A DNA stretch of 57,747 nt, counting the filler, from Sphacelaria rigidula (taxonomy: Eukaryota), in NCBI GenBank assembly GCA_964200075.2. It is 6 parts of 6 records of this genome, joined end to end, with 100 filler letters (N's around TTAATTAATTAA, not from the genome) between each part and the next. Parts side by side here need not be neighbours in the genome. Positions count along the whole stretch, not along the records: positions 38,570 to 48,108 come from CAXNAA020008265.1; positions 48,209 to 57,747 come from CAXNAA020008266.1; 4 more parts are not named here. The stretch is one strand, 5' to 3'. Shown here one piece after another: positions 38,991 to 51,400 of this stretch (positions are counted from its first letter, which is position 1; each line of letters starts with the position of its first letter). The notes under the pieces are model-generated. The model did no database searches and was not told the DNA's origin. It was given only the letters and a program-made list of their open reading frames with translations. Position numbers and translations under genes: made by a program.

Positions 38991-41900
38991 CTGAGGTCTC
39001 GAGTTGAGCGCAGGTTGGGAGCGGTACGCCTCCGGTACCATAAGCATGAGAGCTTCGGTGGGGGACTTGGAAGACTGCACCAGAAGCTCCACCACCGAGT
39101 CGAGATTGGCGGAGTCGGACTTACCGTTGTCTACCAGCGCTTCGAACGTCTCGTCATCTGCGTTTTGTTCATTCAAGTCGGTTCGGTTGGATTCGGTTCC
39201 TTTGCAGGGCTTGGTTCCTGTGGGTTTGGTTCAGTTCCTTTGAGTTCGGCGGGGTTGAATTCGATCCATTCGGGTTCGGTTCCCTTCGGCTCGATTCGGT
39301 TAAATACTACATAATTCGAGTTCGATTCGATTCATTTGGGTTGGCGTTGGGCTGGATTGGGTTCGGTTGAGTTCGATTTCGACTCATTTCGGCGCTTGGA
39401 TTCATTCGGTTCCTTTCAACTGCGTTGGGTTGGGGTTGGGTTGGGTTGGGGTTGGGTTTGGTTGAGGTTGAGAATATTGAGCAAAGTTTGACAGAGGGGT
39501 TGAGCTGTGCTGGACCGTGCATCAGGTTCTCCTTTTCGTTCACGTCACCAACAGATTGCGAAGAGGTACAGCACAGCACAGCTCAGCTCAGGCACCTGCC
39601 CAAAAAAAGGAGGTAACGAAAACAAAAAACGAAATGCATACCTTCGCACATACTGTGCAAAATATTTTTACGGAACATTTATTATTTGCTGAACTGCGTG
39701 TACCTCTCGTACCTCCGGCAGTACAGTACGAAGGTGTGCTTGGTTTAGGTTGCCGAAGTGGTCCATGTTCATTTTTTACAGGCAAAAGAACCGGCGCAAA
39801 CATCACCTTTTGGGGAACAAGGGGTCAACGTCGCCCTGCCATACCGTACATCACTAATTCTTCATTTCCTCCTTGTATCATCTCAAAGTGCCGTCATCGA
39901 CTGTGTTGCGGTCGTAGGCAAGGGAGCAAGCCCCACCTCATCTAGGCCATTATTCAATGCATAATAATAGCCCATGCATCGCGCTTCATAGTGGGAGAAC
40001 TACAAACTGCCGGAGGTGTACTCATGATCATGCATGCCTTAGTCATAAGACCATTGACATCCCTACAAAGCCGGGACAGAGCACGACGGGTTTTCGCCGG
40101 ACCAGGCTAGCAATCAAGCACCAAGCGCGAAGCGCCGTCGTGTATTCGGCGAGTCGCATGAAGGGTGAACTGCATCCTGCTGAGACTGTTTGGCCCGAAG
40201 CGTACAAACTATCTTCCTTATATATCACAACCTCGGATGAGTTACTCCATATTTCTGGTATCTCCACTTCCAGAGACAGCCACGCGCTACACCCCCCCCC
40301 CCAAAAAAAAAAACATTAATGTAAACTACCTTGTATGTCACAGTTGTTGATGAAGACCAGGGTGTCTCCGTCGGGATCAAACTCGCACTCGTTGTCGAGC
40401 TCTCGCTCGCGAGCCCTCACCCAGTTCACGTTCCCGAGCAGCGTGTTGATCTCACCATTGTGCCCCAGCATTCGCATCGGCTGCGCCAACGGCCACTTGG
40501 GCATGGTGTTGGTACTGTCATCGTGTGTCGTTTTTTCCCCGTCGCGCGACGTCAAAAGCACACGTGCAAGTAGCAGCACCGGATACAGTAGTTGAGGCCG
40601 ACAGAAGAAGAAGAGATAGAATTCAAAATGAACATGAACTATGAAAATGAAAATGAAAATTGAAAAAATGAAGAAAAGCACATTTTGTGCAATTATTAAA
40701 CGATTGGTTGAGAGAAGAATCGAACACGCGCATTCTGCCAACATTTGTACAGTGAGGCTTTTGTATCCCGTCAATAACATCATGGCCTGGGCCAACACGA
40801 AATATACTGCCACTTGAGGGGTTGCCGATTCTCCCTCAAAGAAGCGAAGCACACACAATTGCCCCCCCGTGCTTGCAATGGTACAGACGAGTATGAAAAG
40901 ATGTGGATAGTACCACCAAGCAAGGAAAATCCAGCAACAAACTGTCTGTCGAGAGCTCACCACCTGTTCACGAAGAACAGAGCCAACAGATAACGGGCAT
41001 TATATATCGTAGCAGATATCCACAGCTATATAGCTATACTATCAAACAATAGCTGTGCAGGCAAGAAGGTTGGTCAATTGTCGCACGCCATCCATGACTC
41101 GCCTTCAAATGCCGTAGCCTTTTGGGTGGAGCACAAACCGCGCACGAGCAGCAGTGACATTGTTACAAGAGTCGGAATAGTGTATGTTCCGAAAATGACC
41201 GACGTCACTCCCGCCGTACACGCACCGTCATTTTCCGATCAATCACACATGCGAGGTGTTGAAACTACACCCTGCAGTTCAGCTTTTGCAGGTGTCTACA
41301 TATTGATATATAGATACTGAACACATTTGCAACATCAAGACACAAATCATTGGGGCTATAGGACAAAATTCGACTCAAGAGTCGACGAGGGAAAGGGACC
41401 GCTGAACCCCTCTCGCGATAGAAAGTAATAGGCAAGCATCGCAGAAACAAGGTGGATAACTAAAACAAATACAAAATAAAAGCTCTTCTGTTGGCTTTCC
41501 TCCTGTGTGACCCCGGCTGGTGCGCCCACACATACCGAAAGGTGTAGACCGACGCGGAGAATAAATAGGATGGTAACAACAACAACAAACATAGGACAAT
41601 ATAGTCGGAGGTCAACTTATTGCAGAATATTGCACCAGCCCGGCGTTAATTTCCCGCGGCATGTCGTGTAGTAGTAATCTACAGTAATATATGCACACTG
41701 TTCAAAACAGGATTGTTTTGGAGTGGTGATTGTATGAAAATGGTTCTGCAAATGTGCATGCTCGCGCCCCGATGGTCTAATGGTGCGACTGACCCCGTTG
41801 GGTGGGGAATAAACATGGGCGGGTTCGACTCCCGCGAGATGCGCCAAGTTGTTTGTTTTGTCTCGCAGGTAACTGATTCACGTCGTTGAAAACGCGAGGA

Positions 41901-44900
41901 CGTACGTGAATAGCCAGAATGGTCTATTTAGCTGAGTTTGGTTGATTACAGTCGACGCGGTGCGGAAGTAATGTTGGTCATGGTCCAATCCGCGATACCG
42001 TAATGCAAGGTATGTACCGGGGGGGGGTTGTTAGAAATGAAACAAAAAAAACAAATGTTCAGCTTGCGCCCACTATATCAGGTACACGTGCTCACCAGGC
42101 CCTGACCGAGCAGTGTTTGTTCGACTGTAATGTTATCCCTACAGTACACCTTCAACGACAGTAGAGCCGTGAGCGTGCTATCCTGCTTCTGTAGAGAAGG
42201 AATCTGTTCTTACCTGAACCGGCGGTGATAAACGCAGAAGTTGCTCTTGAAGTCGGGGTCCGTAAGGTCCGTGTAAAACTTGCCCAATGCCTGCCTTACG
42301 GAAATTCAGAGGCAGAGAGAAGCAGGCAGAGAGAGGTAGACGACAGACGACAGCGCACGGCCGCATCGTAAGTAGGGCGGAACGTATGTACAATATAATA
42401 GAGGAAAGGTGGCTGCGTGAAAGTGATGAGGCTGAGCAAAAGATACTGGAGAAAAACAAAAAAGAAAAAATAGTGGCGACTGTAGCACTGTCTACAATAT
42501 ACTGCCTGCCCGAAAAAAAGAGGTCAAGGACACGGTAGCGGAAACGCGTTCTCTCGGGTCATCCTTGGTAATAGTTTGCTGGTTTCAGCGGCCGAGCTGT
42601 CCAAATCGTTGTTACTACAGACATCCCCCCCCGCTCCCCGCCCCCCGCATCTCTTGCGAATAGAAACGGGACGCACAGCGCAGTACTATACGTGCGCAGG
42701 GTGGATTACTAGATACCATCATTGATGTGGGTATCTGCAAACACTTGGGTTCCAGACCGCCACACCGGGTCACGGATGGGGTCGCCAGCCAAGGCGCTGC
42801 TGGATAGGGTACAGTATCGCCGGGTTAGGGGGAGGCGGAGTACGGCATCTTGTGCACGTGAACAAACTAGGCATATCCTGAATATGCGCGTATACTGTAA
42901 GCATTTGGCCATGCTCCAATAGAGTGTCATACTCATCAAGAAAAAGATACAACGAATTTGAGAGGAGAAAAAAACGCGAAAAAAGCATACAAGCGGACAA
43001 GCATACGATGTAACACACGACAATCTCGCGACATCTGATCCCACAACAAATTATAGCCCACACACACAGCGAATCAATCCACAGTAGTGACGGCCGAATA
43101 ATAATAATAATAAAATGACATGAACATCAAAGTCAACACGATAGATACAAAAAAAAAACGTTTGCCTCACGTTAGCATTAGTCATCCCCTTGTAGACAAT
43201 AGTGCGGCCGCTCAAGGAACAGAAATACATATCTCGCCGCCAATCAAACCCCTGATCCACCAGACGCTTGGCCATCATCCGTCGGAGAAGGTACAGCTCA
43301 CGCTCAAGCGCATCCTCCGACCCTTTATCGCTGCTAACCATGAACTGTTTTCACCAAGAGTTGGGTGGTAGGCGAATGGCACGTGCGGGGAGAGGAAAAA
43401 TCATGATGTGATGCAGCAAACCGTCGTGTCCGGCTTGTCTTACCGCCATACCTGAATCATACCTTGGACAAAAAATTTACTGCGCACAGTATGGAATATA
43501 TTACCTGTTGCAATAGGCAATAGACGCAACTGTCGATACTGTTTGTACGCAGTACAATTATGAATGCTATGTATTGTTCAGTATGTGAACTGAGTTATCT
43601 GTGAGCGCGGACGATCGCGGGTTTCAAATCCCGGCAGGTGCATGTGGTTATATTTTTATTTTCCTGACGAAGTATATGATCTCCACCATTTAAAACTTGA
43701 CGATATGAGCGGCGAAGAAAATACAAGAAAACTCTTGGAGAGAGTCGACGCGGTGCACGAGTTGTGCTGGTCCAATCCGCGATGCCAAGATGTAGGGCGT
43801 GTACAAGTACTGGGGAAGAGAGAGAAGGAGAGAACAGGATGGCTTGATCCCTTGAGAGTACAGGCTCATCCCGAGGAACGGGATGGGGTGAGAAATGAAA
43901 AGTATGACAGGGGTGAAAAAAAAAAAGCTCTCTTCGTGATCGACGATCAACATCAGAATAAACGTTGCATGGTGCTGAAAAACATGTTATTAATAGTCTT
44001 TTCTTGTCTTTTTTTTTTGCTTCGGTTTGTCACTGACGTTCATCCTCCAACTGACAACATTTCGTGGTCCCCACGCATGCACGTACGAATGCGCAACCTG
44101 CTGTGCCCTGAAAAAAAATAATGTAGACAGCTGTAGATATATTTATCACAACACAACAGGAAAGACGGCACATGCGCAATAAATACAACACATAGAGACT
44201 TGAACATTCTTCGACCATGTGCTTCACTAGTAGTAGTAGTCATTATCCACTGGGTCAACGTTATATACCGACGCGAAAAACTGGTGTGAATTGATTTTCA
44301 ATCTACAAATGCTCCTGCTGTAGCCATGATGCACACCTACAAAGTTTCCACTCTATTGTTCATTCTTTGTTGACAAAGTTTGTGTCGCCCGTACCCGCGT
44401 TTATAAGTGATATAGCAATAAAACCATGTGCGGTACAGTCGGCACACAGTTGTTGGCAGGACATCACCCCCGTTTCGCGTGTTCTAACGATGGCATGAGG
44501 TGCGACGGGCGACCAAGTATCTGTTTTTGCGTCACGGCGAGGTATGGCATGTCCCTTCGTGGGGTTGTCAAAAGAATAAAGGTGACGGCGACAATGCAGC
44601 ACCACATCACCACCACTCCTGCTACTCTCACCAACACCACTGCAGGAAACCACATTCCAACCACACGCACACACACACACCTGCTCAATCGTGGGCTGGT
44701 TTTCGCGGCTTTGCGGGCCCAGACACATGGGGTCGACGGGAACTTGTCTCCACCCGTGGAAATCAAGCCCTGCCTCGATCAACATCTTTTCCACAGTGGC
44801 GCGGCACGTGGCCGCCTCCTCCGCTGCCTGCGGCAGGAAAACCATACCCACCGCCCGATGGTCGCGGGGCGGCAGCGCTCCCACGTCCACCCCGATCTTT

Positions 44901-44963
44901 GCAAATTCCCGCTCCAGCAAATCCCACGGTAGCGCCGTCATTATCCCCGACCCATCACCGGAC
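38991..44963 (-). CDS. gltB: Ferredoxin-dependent glutamate synthase (Fd-GOGAT), glutamine amidotransferase region, partial. Exons 44963-44681, 43344-43171, 42290-42214, 40514-40330 and 39157-38991
   Basis: [100 protein letters not shown] and [11 protein letters not shown]. Splice phases 0, 0, 2 and 1 all fit. Confidence 0.96.
39175..39470. repeat. Degenerate pentamer satellite (GGTTC/GGTTG/GATTC)n in a GOGAT intron
   Basis: About 300 bp with visible 5-nt periodicity. Confidence 0.8.
40016..40292 (-). mobile_element. SINE family A 3' half
   Basis: gtgtactcatgatcatgcatgccttagtcataagaccattgac...ccctacaaagccgggac...ggcccgaagcgtac. Confidence 0.8.
41345..41580 (+). mobile_element. Family B body without its head
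   Basis: gtcgacgagggaaaggg...cctgtgtgaccccggctggtgcgccc...ccgaaaggtgtagacc is the reverse complement of 11660-11860. Confidence 0.7.
41764..42028 (+). mobile_element. tRNA-headed SINE-like repeat (family C)
   Basis: A box TGGTCTAATGG, perfect T-arm GCGGG-TTCGACT-CCCGC and a poor acceptor stem. The tail ggtccaatccgcgata ends in a G-run. Confidence 0.7.
43590..43815 (+). mobile_element. Diverged family C copy
   Basis: cgcgggtttcaaatccc (B-box like), then agtcgacgcggtgc...tggtccaatccgcgat. Confidence 0.55.
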
Positions 44964-45738
44964 CTTTTCATTCAAGATCATTCCAAATATCGGGAATTGA
45001 AGGTGTAGTGCGGGGCATTTTACCGTTTTTGCAAGATAAGGATCACAGGTGTGAGTGTGTGTCTGTGGGCGTGTGTGGAAAGGTGGAATTATTACTCGCC
45101 TGTAGTAGTATAGTCTCCTTGTTGTTGTATTTTCATTACTCTTGGCGATTCCCGACCGCCGGTTCTAGGTGTACTATTTCCCAGAAGGCAAATGCTGCAC
45201 GACAATGACACAGAATAACAAAAAGCCAACGTCTGCTCGGCTGTTGCAGTTGTAATTCAACTTCCGAGGTAGTACTATATTTTGATTCTGTTGGCCAGTC
45301 ATTATGTTCGTTTTTAATATCTCGCTTCACGTGTTTAGCCCTTTCCTCCTTCCTGCCTGCTGCCTGTGAAAGAGTTTAGTGTATCGTAGGTTTAAATTTC
45401 CAACAGGGTCAACCTCATCGTGGCATTGCATATTGACCCTTCCACAAAACCGGTAGCTGTTAATGTTAGTCAACATGCTGCCGTCCAAGGGGGGTATGCA
45501 TGATCGCTGGAACAATTCGCTGTCCATATCTTAGACGCCCCCAACAGGCTTCGCTGGCCTAAACGCCGCTGGTTCGCCTCAATCGCGCGCTACAAGGAGG
45601 TAAAACGAAGGGGGGGGAAGGGGAAACCAAAACACATTATATGTGCGCAATCTCTCACCGCGAGAAAGAGGGCCAGGTCACAGTCGAGAGAAAATTACTA
45701 AAACGAACAACCGACATGGTAGGTTCATGCTATCCTGT

Positions 45739-45828
45739 AGAGGTAGCTCAAACTCGAGGTTCCCGGTATGTTTGATAGTAATTTACTGTAAAAAAATATA
45801 GCGGGAACCTGGAGTTTGAGATACCTCT
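45739..45828. mobile_element. 90-bp palindromic mini-MITE
   Basis: agaggtagctcaaactcgaggttccc pairs with gggaacctggagtttgagatacctct (24/26). Possible TGT duplication on the flanks. Confidence 0.65.
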
Positions 45829-46796
45829 TGTGTTCATACTTTCTTCACTACCATTATTTGTTCCTGGGTTCCTGAATTGGTATCGAAAGGATCGAAAACG
45901 GAAGTTTTAGTTCGCCTTCTGATACTTGACATTTCAAAGTATGGCTCGGCACCTACAGACACTCATGCTCGACGCCTGACACCCCTAGAGGCCTATCGAT
46001 ACAGGGAATTTTAGCCGTGATCTCGGTGAGATTTGGGCCAGCAGCAGGCACCTGGATGGAAGATTGTGTCATTTCTTCAAAAAGCAGCCAGTTCGGACAG
46101 ACGTATTTTGTACACAAGCAGATCATACTGCTTCGCTTCGTACTCTAGTGACACAACACGAACGTCACGATAATATTCTGTCTAGCGCTGCATACGGGGA
46201 CGTGTATCTCGTGATCCACGTTCGAACTGTTGGGGGAAGAAATATGTTGCAGTTGGGTGGTAGGATGTACTTCTTCTACTCTGACTCCTTCAGCGCCCAC
46301 TGTCCGTCTTACAACTGGCTCTTTTTCCTTCTTCTTTTCAGCCGGGGGTCCGGAATGACTGTTTTTGGTGGAGACACGACGCCTACATAGAAAGGTCGTT
46401 GCCACGCACATGCGCACCTCACAGATATCACAGCACTGCAGCACAGCAATGTTTGTAGTCACCTACTCATGCACACGGCAGAGCCACCGGCACCGCCGTC
46501 TGACAACTTCTAATGGTAGAACAGTAGAACGTGAGCAGTGAATGCACTAGCATATTCTACATGCATGTGGTCAAAACACACAACTGCACTCAAACCGCTT
46601 GTTGCTGAAGAGTGCATACAGTACAGGGAGTGCACAATAGTCTGTACTGTAAATATTCATGCAAACGGCAGGGCCAGCTATAATGTCGTCCCACAATTCT
46701 AGACAGCACAGCGAGTGCAGTACTCGTAGTAGTGACAGGTGATTCCGCGATAGCTCTCACCCAAACCAACCCCGAAACTGCCACGAAGAAAATGAC

Positions 46797-47293
46797 CAAG
46801 ATTGTGTTCTGTAGGGTATGGGATTCCTTACAACAACCTACTGAAATATCGGGTACCGGTATGAGAGTCTTCCAGAAATGACAAAACTGTCGGGTACCGG
46901 TTTGAAAGTCTTGGAGAAATCACAGAACTTGTCGGGTACGATATGGGAGGCTTACAGAAAACCGTGCCGTCAATCGAGTACTTTTTCAAGGGCATACCCG
47001 CGCTCCGGGTACGGGCATAGAGTATGTACAGAACTCACAGAACTGTCGGGTAAGGGTATGGGAGATGTACGAAACTCGCAGAAACTGTCGTGCCGGGTAT
47101 GGAGGCTACACAGAGAACCGTGCCCGCAACCGGGTATCTTATCAAGAGCATACCCATGCCCCTGGTAACGGTACGGGGGGCTCACAGGACTCACAGAAGT
47201 ATCGGGTAAAGGTATGAAAGTGTCGGGTACGGTAAATACTCACGAAAATACCCCAGGCATACAGAAAACTGTACCCTAGAGAACACAACCTTG
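46797..47293. mobile_element. Family M1 transposon copy with an 8-bp target-site duplication AAAATGAC
   Basis: Ends caagattgtgttctgtagggta and taccctagagaacacaaccttg. aaaatgac occurs at 46789-46796 and 47294-47301. The internal 41-bp units are inverted relative to the 9931 copy. Confidence 0.85.
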
Positions 47294-48027
47294 AAAATGA
47301 CCATACGGCGCATTATACTTGTTTCAGACAGCATTGAGCGCCTCATATGGGCGACATTGTCGAAACGATTCCAAGCGTGAGAGTTCTAAGCTACTTGGTG
47401 TGCTCAGGCTTTCTCATTTGGATTGGAGTGTAGATTATAGCCCCTCAAACCAGCCGCTTATTGGGGGGGGGGGGGCTATAGCGGCATCACCCTGATTGCG
47501 CAAGCAACTAACTGAAGAAGTACGGCAACTAACATGCTGCAGGCGGGGTGTGCGGTGAGGCTGGACGGTGTTTTGAGCTAGGCTGGAGGTTTGCGGAAAT
47601 TCCCCTCTCAACCCACAACAGCCGATTGAGCAGGACGAATACATATACGCTGATACACACACACATACAAGCAACATCCACGGGACCTCAGTGGCGAGCT
47701 TGTCCTTCGCACAAACCTCAGCTTCCATCCACGACTGTTTGCTGCTGAGCCTGAGGCAGACACGGCCTGCTACAAAAACATCAGTCCGCCCTCTTGACCA
47801 TGTCAGCCTGCTGCGATACCGTTGGTGAAAAAAGAGGAAGCGCGAAATTTGCTTTGGCGCTCGGGCGTTCTAGATGGTCTTTGTCGTCTACAATATCGCT
47901 GTCTTCTCACGGGACTGTCGGGTCTCACTGCAGATAGCAGGGATTAAAACGGCAAACCCCTAGACAGCGAGCGTCACCTCTGAACAGTTCCACGGGCTGA
48001 CAGTCCAAGGACATCCGGGGGTTTTCG

Positions 48028-48108
48028 GGGGGGGGCGTACTCATTTGTTGCTTGCCTTAGTCATTTGACCATTGACCACGCATCCCTTTCGAGACGGAGC
48101 ATGGTTTT
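48028..48108 (-). mobile_element. LINE 3' terminal fragment
   Basis: ggggcgtactcatttgttgcttgccttagtcatttgaccattgaccacgcatccctttcgagacggagc. Confidence 0.75.
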
Positions 48109-48208
48109 NNNNNNNNNNNNNNNNNNNNNNNNNNNNNNNNNNNNNNNNNNNNTTAATTAATTAANNNNNNNNNNNNNNNNNNNNNNNNNNNNNNNNNNNN
48201 NNNNNNNN
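48109..48208. other. Artificial contig spacer
   Basis: Same 100-nt linker. Confidence 0.97.
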
Positions 48209-48494
48209 CCGCTTACGACCACATCTCCCTCCCTCACTCCCCCCCCCCCCCCCCCCCCCCCCCCCCGAAGAAAACTTTGTACTATAAAACACACTATTTC
48301 ATCCCCTGTTGAACGCAGGCGCATTATTGTCAAGTGATAACCAGGAAACTCGAAATTGTTGTCCCCGGAGCGCATCGTCACTATGTAAAAGATCAAATAC
48401 ACTCTACTCAAATAACATTCCAACATGCACTGACTCCACACACTTCGCACCCCCACATACCCACCCCATCGCTTGCTTATGCAGCAACTCTCAC

Positions 48495-51400
48495 CTGTTC
48501 GGTTTCCTCGGGGATATCCTCCAGATTCAGCTCTTCAAGCTCCAGCAGCGCTGACGTGTCCGTATCATCTAGGTCGAACACACCGGTGAGGGCGCCGCCA
48601 CTCTTCACAGTCTTTCCCTTCCCGACCCCAACAGTTTCGCTCATGGACTTTACAAGCGCCGCGATCGCCGCGACGCTGCTACTCCCGCCCTCGACGTTTG
48701 GACCGACGTCGGGCATCGGGTCGCTGTCCTCAGAACCCATGGCACCTGCTGCCGCCGCCACGGCCAGCATTTGCGACTTGGCCATCTCCTGCTCCGCCGC
48801 TTCACCACCTCCTTTCGCCGTTACTACCGAGTCTCCATCTGATGGTGACTCCATATCCATCACCTCACCCTCACTTTCGTCTTCTCGAGCGGCAGCTGCC
48901 GGCAACACTACAGCTGCGACGGCAGCCACCGCCGCTACCGTTGCTTCTCCGCCAACGTCATCAGCGGGCCCGACCGCCGCCGCCGCGTCGGTTGACGGCG
49001 GCGAGCTTTCCTGCACCACGGCGGACGATGGCTTCTCCTCGCCGGCTTTTAGCAAAGGAGCTGGTGTAACAGCGGCGGGCGCGGGCGCCAAAACCTCGTA
49101 CGTGTCGTAGAAGGCGTGGTTCGGACGGAGACGTAATCTTGCGCGCTCTGGTCCCTCGTCCATGTCCAACTTGAACCTCTCCTGTTGTGGAGTTTGCGTC
49201 AGCGTGGGAGATAGGGACGCGAAAGGCACCGATTCGAACAAGTTCTGCCCAGAGTCACCTCCGAAGACCGAGACCTACTTTTGCACTTTTATGAATGAGC
49301 AACCGGAATTTTCTTCTTGGTGATACCGTCGCAAAGCGTAGGCTCTGCCCCCGCGTCCCGCAGCCCACCCACCACCCCTCCCGTCCCTCCCACATCATCC
49401 ACCTCTCACCTCGTCTAGCCCACCGCCAGCACCGTCAGACCCAGGTCGAGACGCGGCGATGGCTTCAGGGCTGCGCATCAAGCGGCCGAACAGTCCGCCT
49501 TCCCACAGAGACGCCTTTCCGCACAGAGTTGCGAGCTTCAATCGCCACTCTCTGGACGACCAAGATAAATCGTCCGCGCCCGACCACACCCAGCGGCCGT
49601 GCGATGTCGCTACCCGTTCGTACGTGCGTGCTGTTTCGAGTTCGTCGGAGTTCGTCGGAGCAGCACGAGAGTAGTGGGTGGGGAGAAATTTCCACCGCGG
49701 GCAAGGGAGCGTTAGAAGGCAAACGGGTGAACCCTCGGCTAGAGAGGGTGCACGGTGAAAAGAAAGCTCGGCGGATGTTGAAGGGCTGGAGTGCCCAAAC
49801 TGCCTTGCAACATTCACAGTGGATGAAACAAAACACAAAAATCAGCGCCCACCTGCCAAGACCAACGGAGACAAAGCATGAACGACACAGGCACAGCACG
49901 AGAGACTCACAGGCGGGACAAACCAAACAGCGAACACGAACTGTATGAGTCGTGGCTACGCTGTTCACTATGCTACGAGCTAGGCTACGGCCACGACAGT
50001 AGTTATTGCAACAGCGGCACTCTATCTCACCTATCATATCGGCGCGTTGAATAACCCTGTCCACGGTAATCGTCTTCCTGTTCGGCGCGGCGGCCGCCAG
50101 GGCTCCGAGTGCCCCACCCATTCCGCTACCCAGCCTCGCCAGGGCAGACGGTCCTCCGCCGCTGCTGGCACCACTCGCCAGCAGCTCGGAGCGGGAAAGA
50201 GCCGCAATCAGACCGTCCTCACTTGAAACGTGGGGAATCAACGCGTAAGCTCGGTCGGCCGCCCGCGCAAACCCTTCAGCCAGGGACGCCTCCTGCCTGG
50301 CCCCCGTGAGCCACAACGCGAAGGCTTGAGCGCGAGCTTCTTCTGCGAGAGCCTCATCCTCAGATATGGGGTCGAACGACATCTCGCCGCCGAACGGGTG
50401 CTCTAACATGGAGAACCCTGTGCTCAACAACTCTTCTCCGAGAAGCTCCTGCACCGCAGCGCGCCGACGGGCGATCAGCGCGCCAGCGAGCCTCGTCGCG
50501 AGCTTTCTAACGTTGTCGTTGTCGCTCAGTAGCATATCTCGGAGTTCGGCCACAAACCCGGCAACGAAGGCCCGTCCTGAAGACCCTCGAAGCCGGTGAA
50601 CCAGCGACTCGCGGAGGCCGTTAACCCCCCCGTCACTGCCCTCACCACCACTCGCTCCTCCGCTGCCGATGACACTGTTCCCGCCTCGGGTTCCGCGGTC
50701 TGCGGCCGCGACCAGTCCCGCTGCGCCCGCAGCGGCTGACACCCATAGGCTCTTGCTCGTGCTCGCGGACGGACTGCGGCCGCCACCAGTAGATGGGTTC
50801 GCAGCGAAAGTCGCGGTGTTGATCAGCGGTACTCGGATCGGCCCGCTCCCGCCGACTCCAGCGCTGCCGTCGCTGCCCATGCCGGCAAGTTCGACGGCCG
50901 TGAACGTCATGGCTAGTCGACTTGGGTCGGCTCCGATCCCTCCGGGAGTGACTGCTTCTCCGCGGAAGTCAAACCTCGACGACCACCGCGGAACCGCCGC
51001 GGGTGTTTCGGCGAAAACTCCGGCCGTGGTGAGCGGTGCCTCTTCCGTCGGATTCTCCATTGCGGCGTCAAGGTCCAGAGGGGGAGGGAACCTCGGCCTA
51101 GTGACACTGCCATCGTCTCCATCTCGGCCGTGAAAGTTCGAAGTCCTGCCTCCCTTCGATGAAGGTGGAGAAGGAGGCTTCGGAAATACTGGCGACCTAT
51201 GCGTTGGCGTCCGGGGAGTTGGAGAGGCACCCGACATGGAGAGACCACCGCCGCCGCCACCGCTACTCCCCGTCACGAGCGCAGAGACTCTGGGCTCTTC
51301 CCCAAGCAGCGTATCGAAGTTATGCGCCATCATGAGCAAACACTCCTCGAGAAGGTCATTATCTTCGTGAAGACCACGGCGTCTTGTGTCCTCTTTGGCA

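Noticed and set aside
41764..41846. Functional tRNA gene
   Set aside because: The T-arm and A box are good, but the acceptor stem does not pair and the sequence continues into a multi-copy body, so it is a SINE head. The same applies at 37030-37106 and 27128-27190.
14907..44963. Apparent sulfur/nitrogen assimilation cluster (serine acetyltransferase, sulfatase, GOGAT)
   Set aside because: The three genes are on different contigs joined only by artificial spacers in length order.
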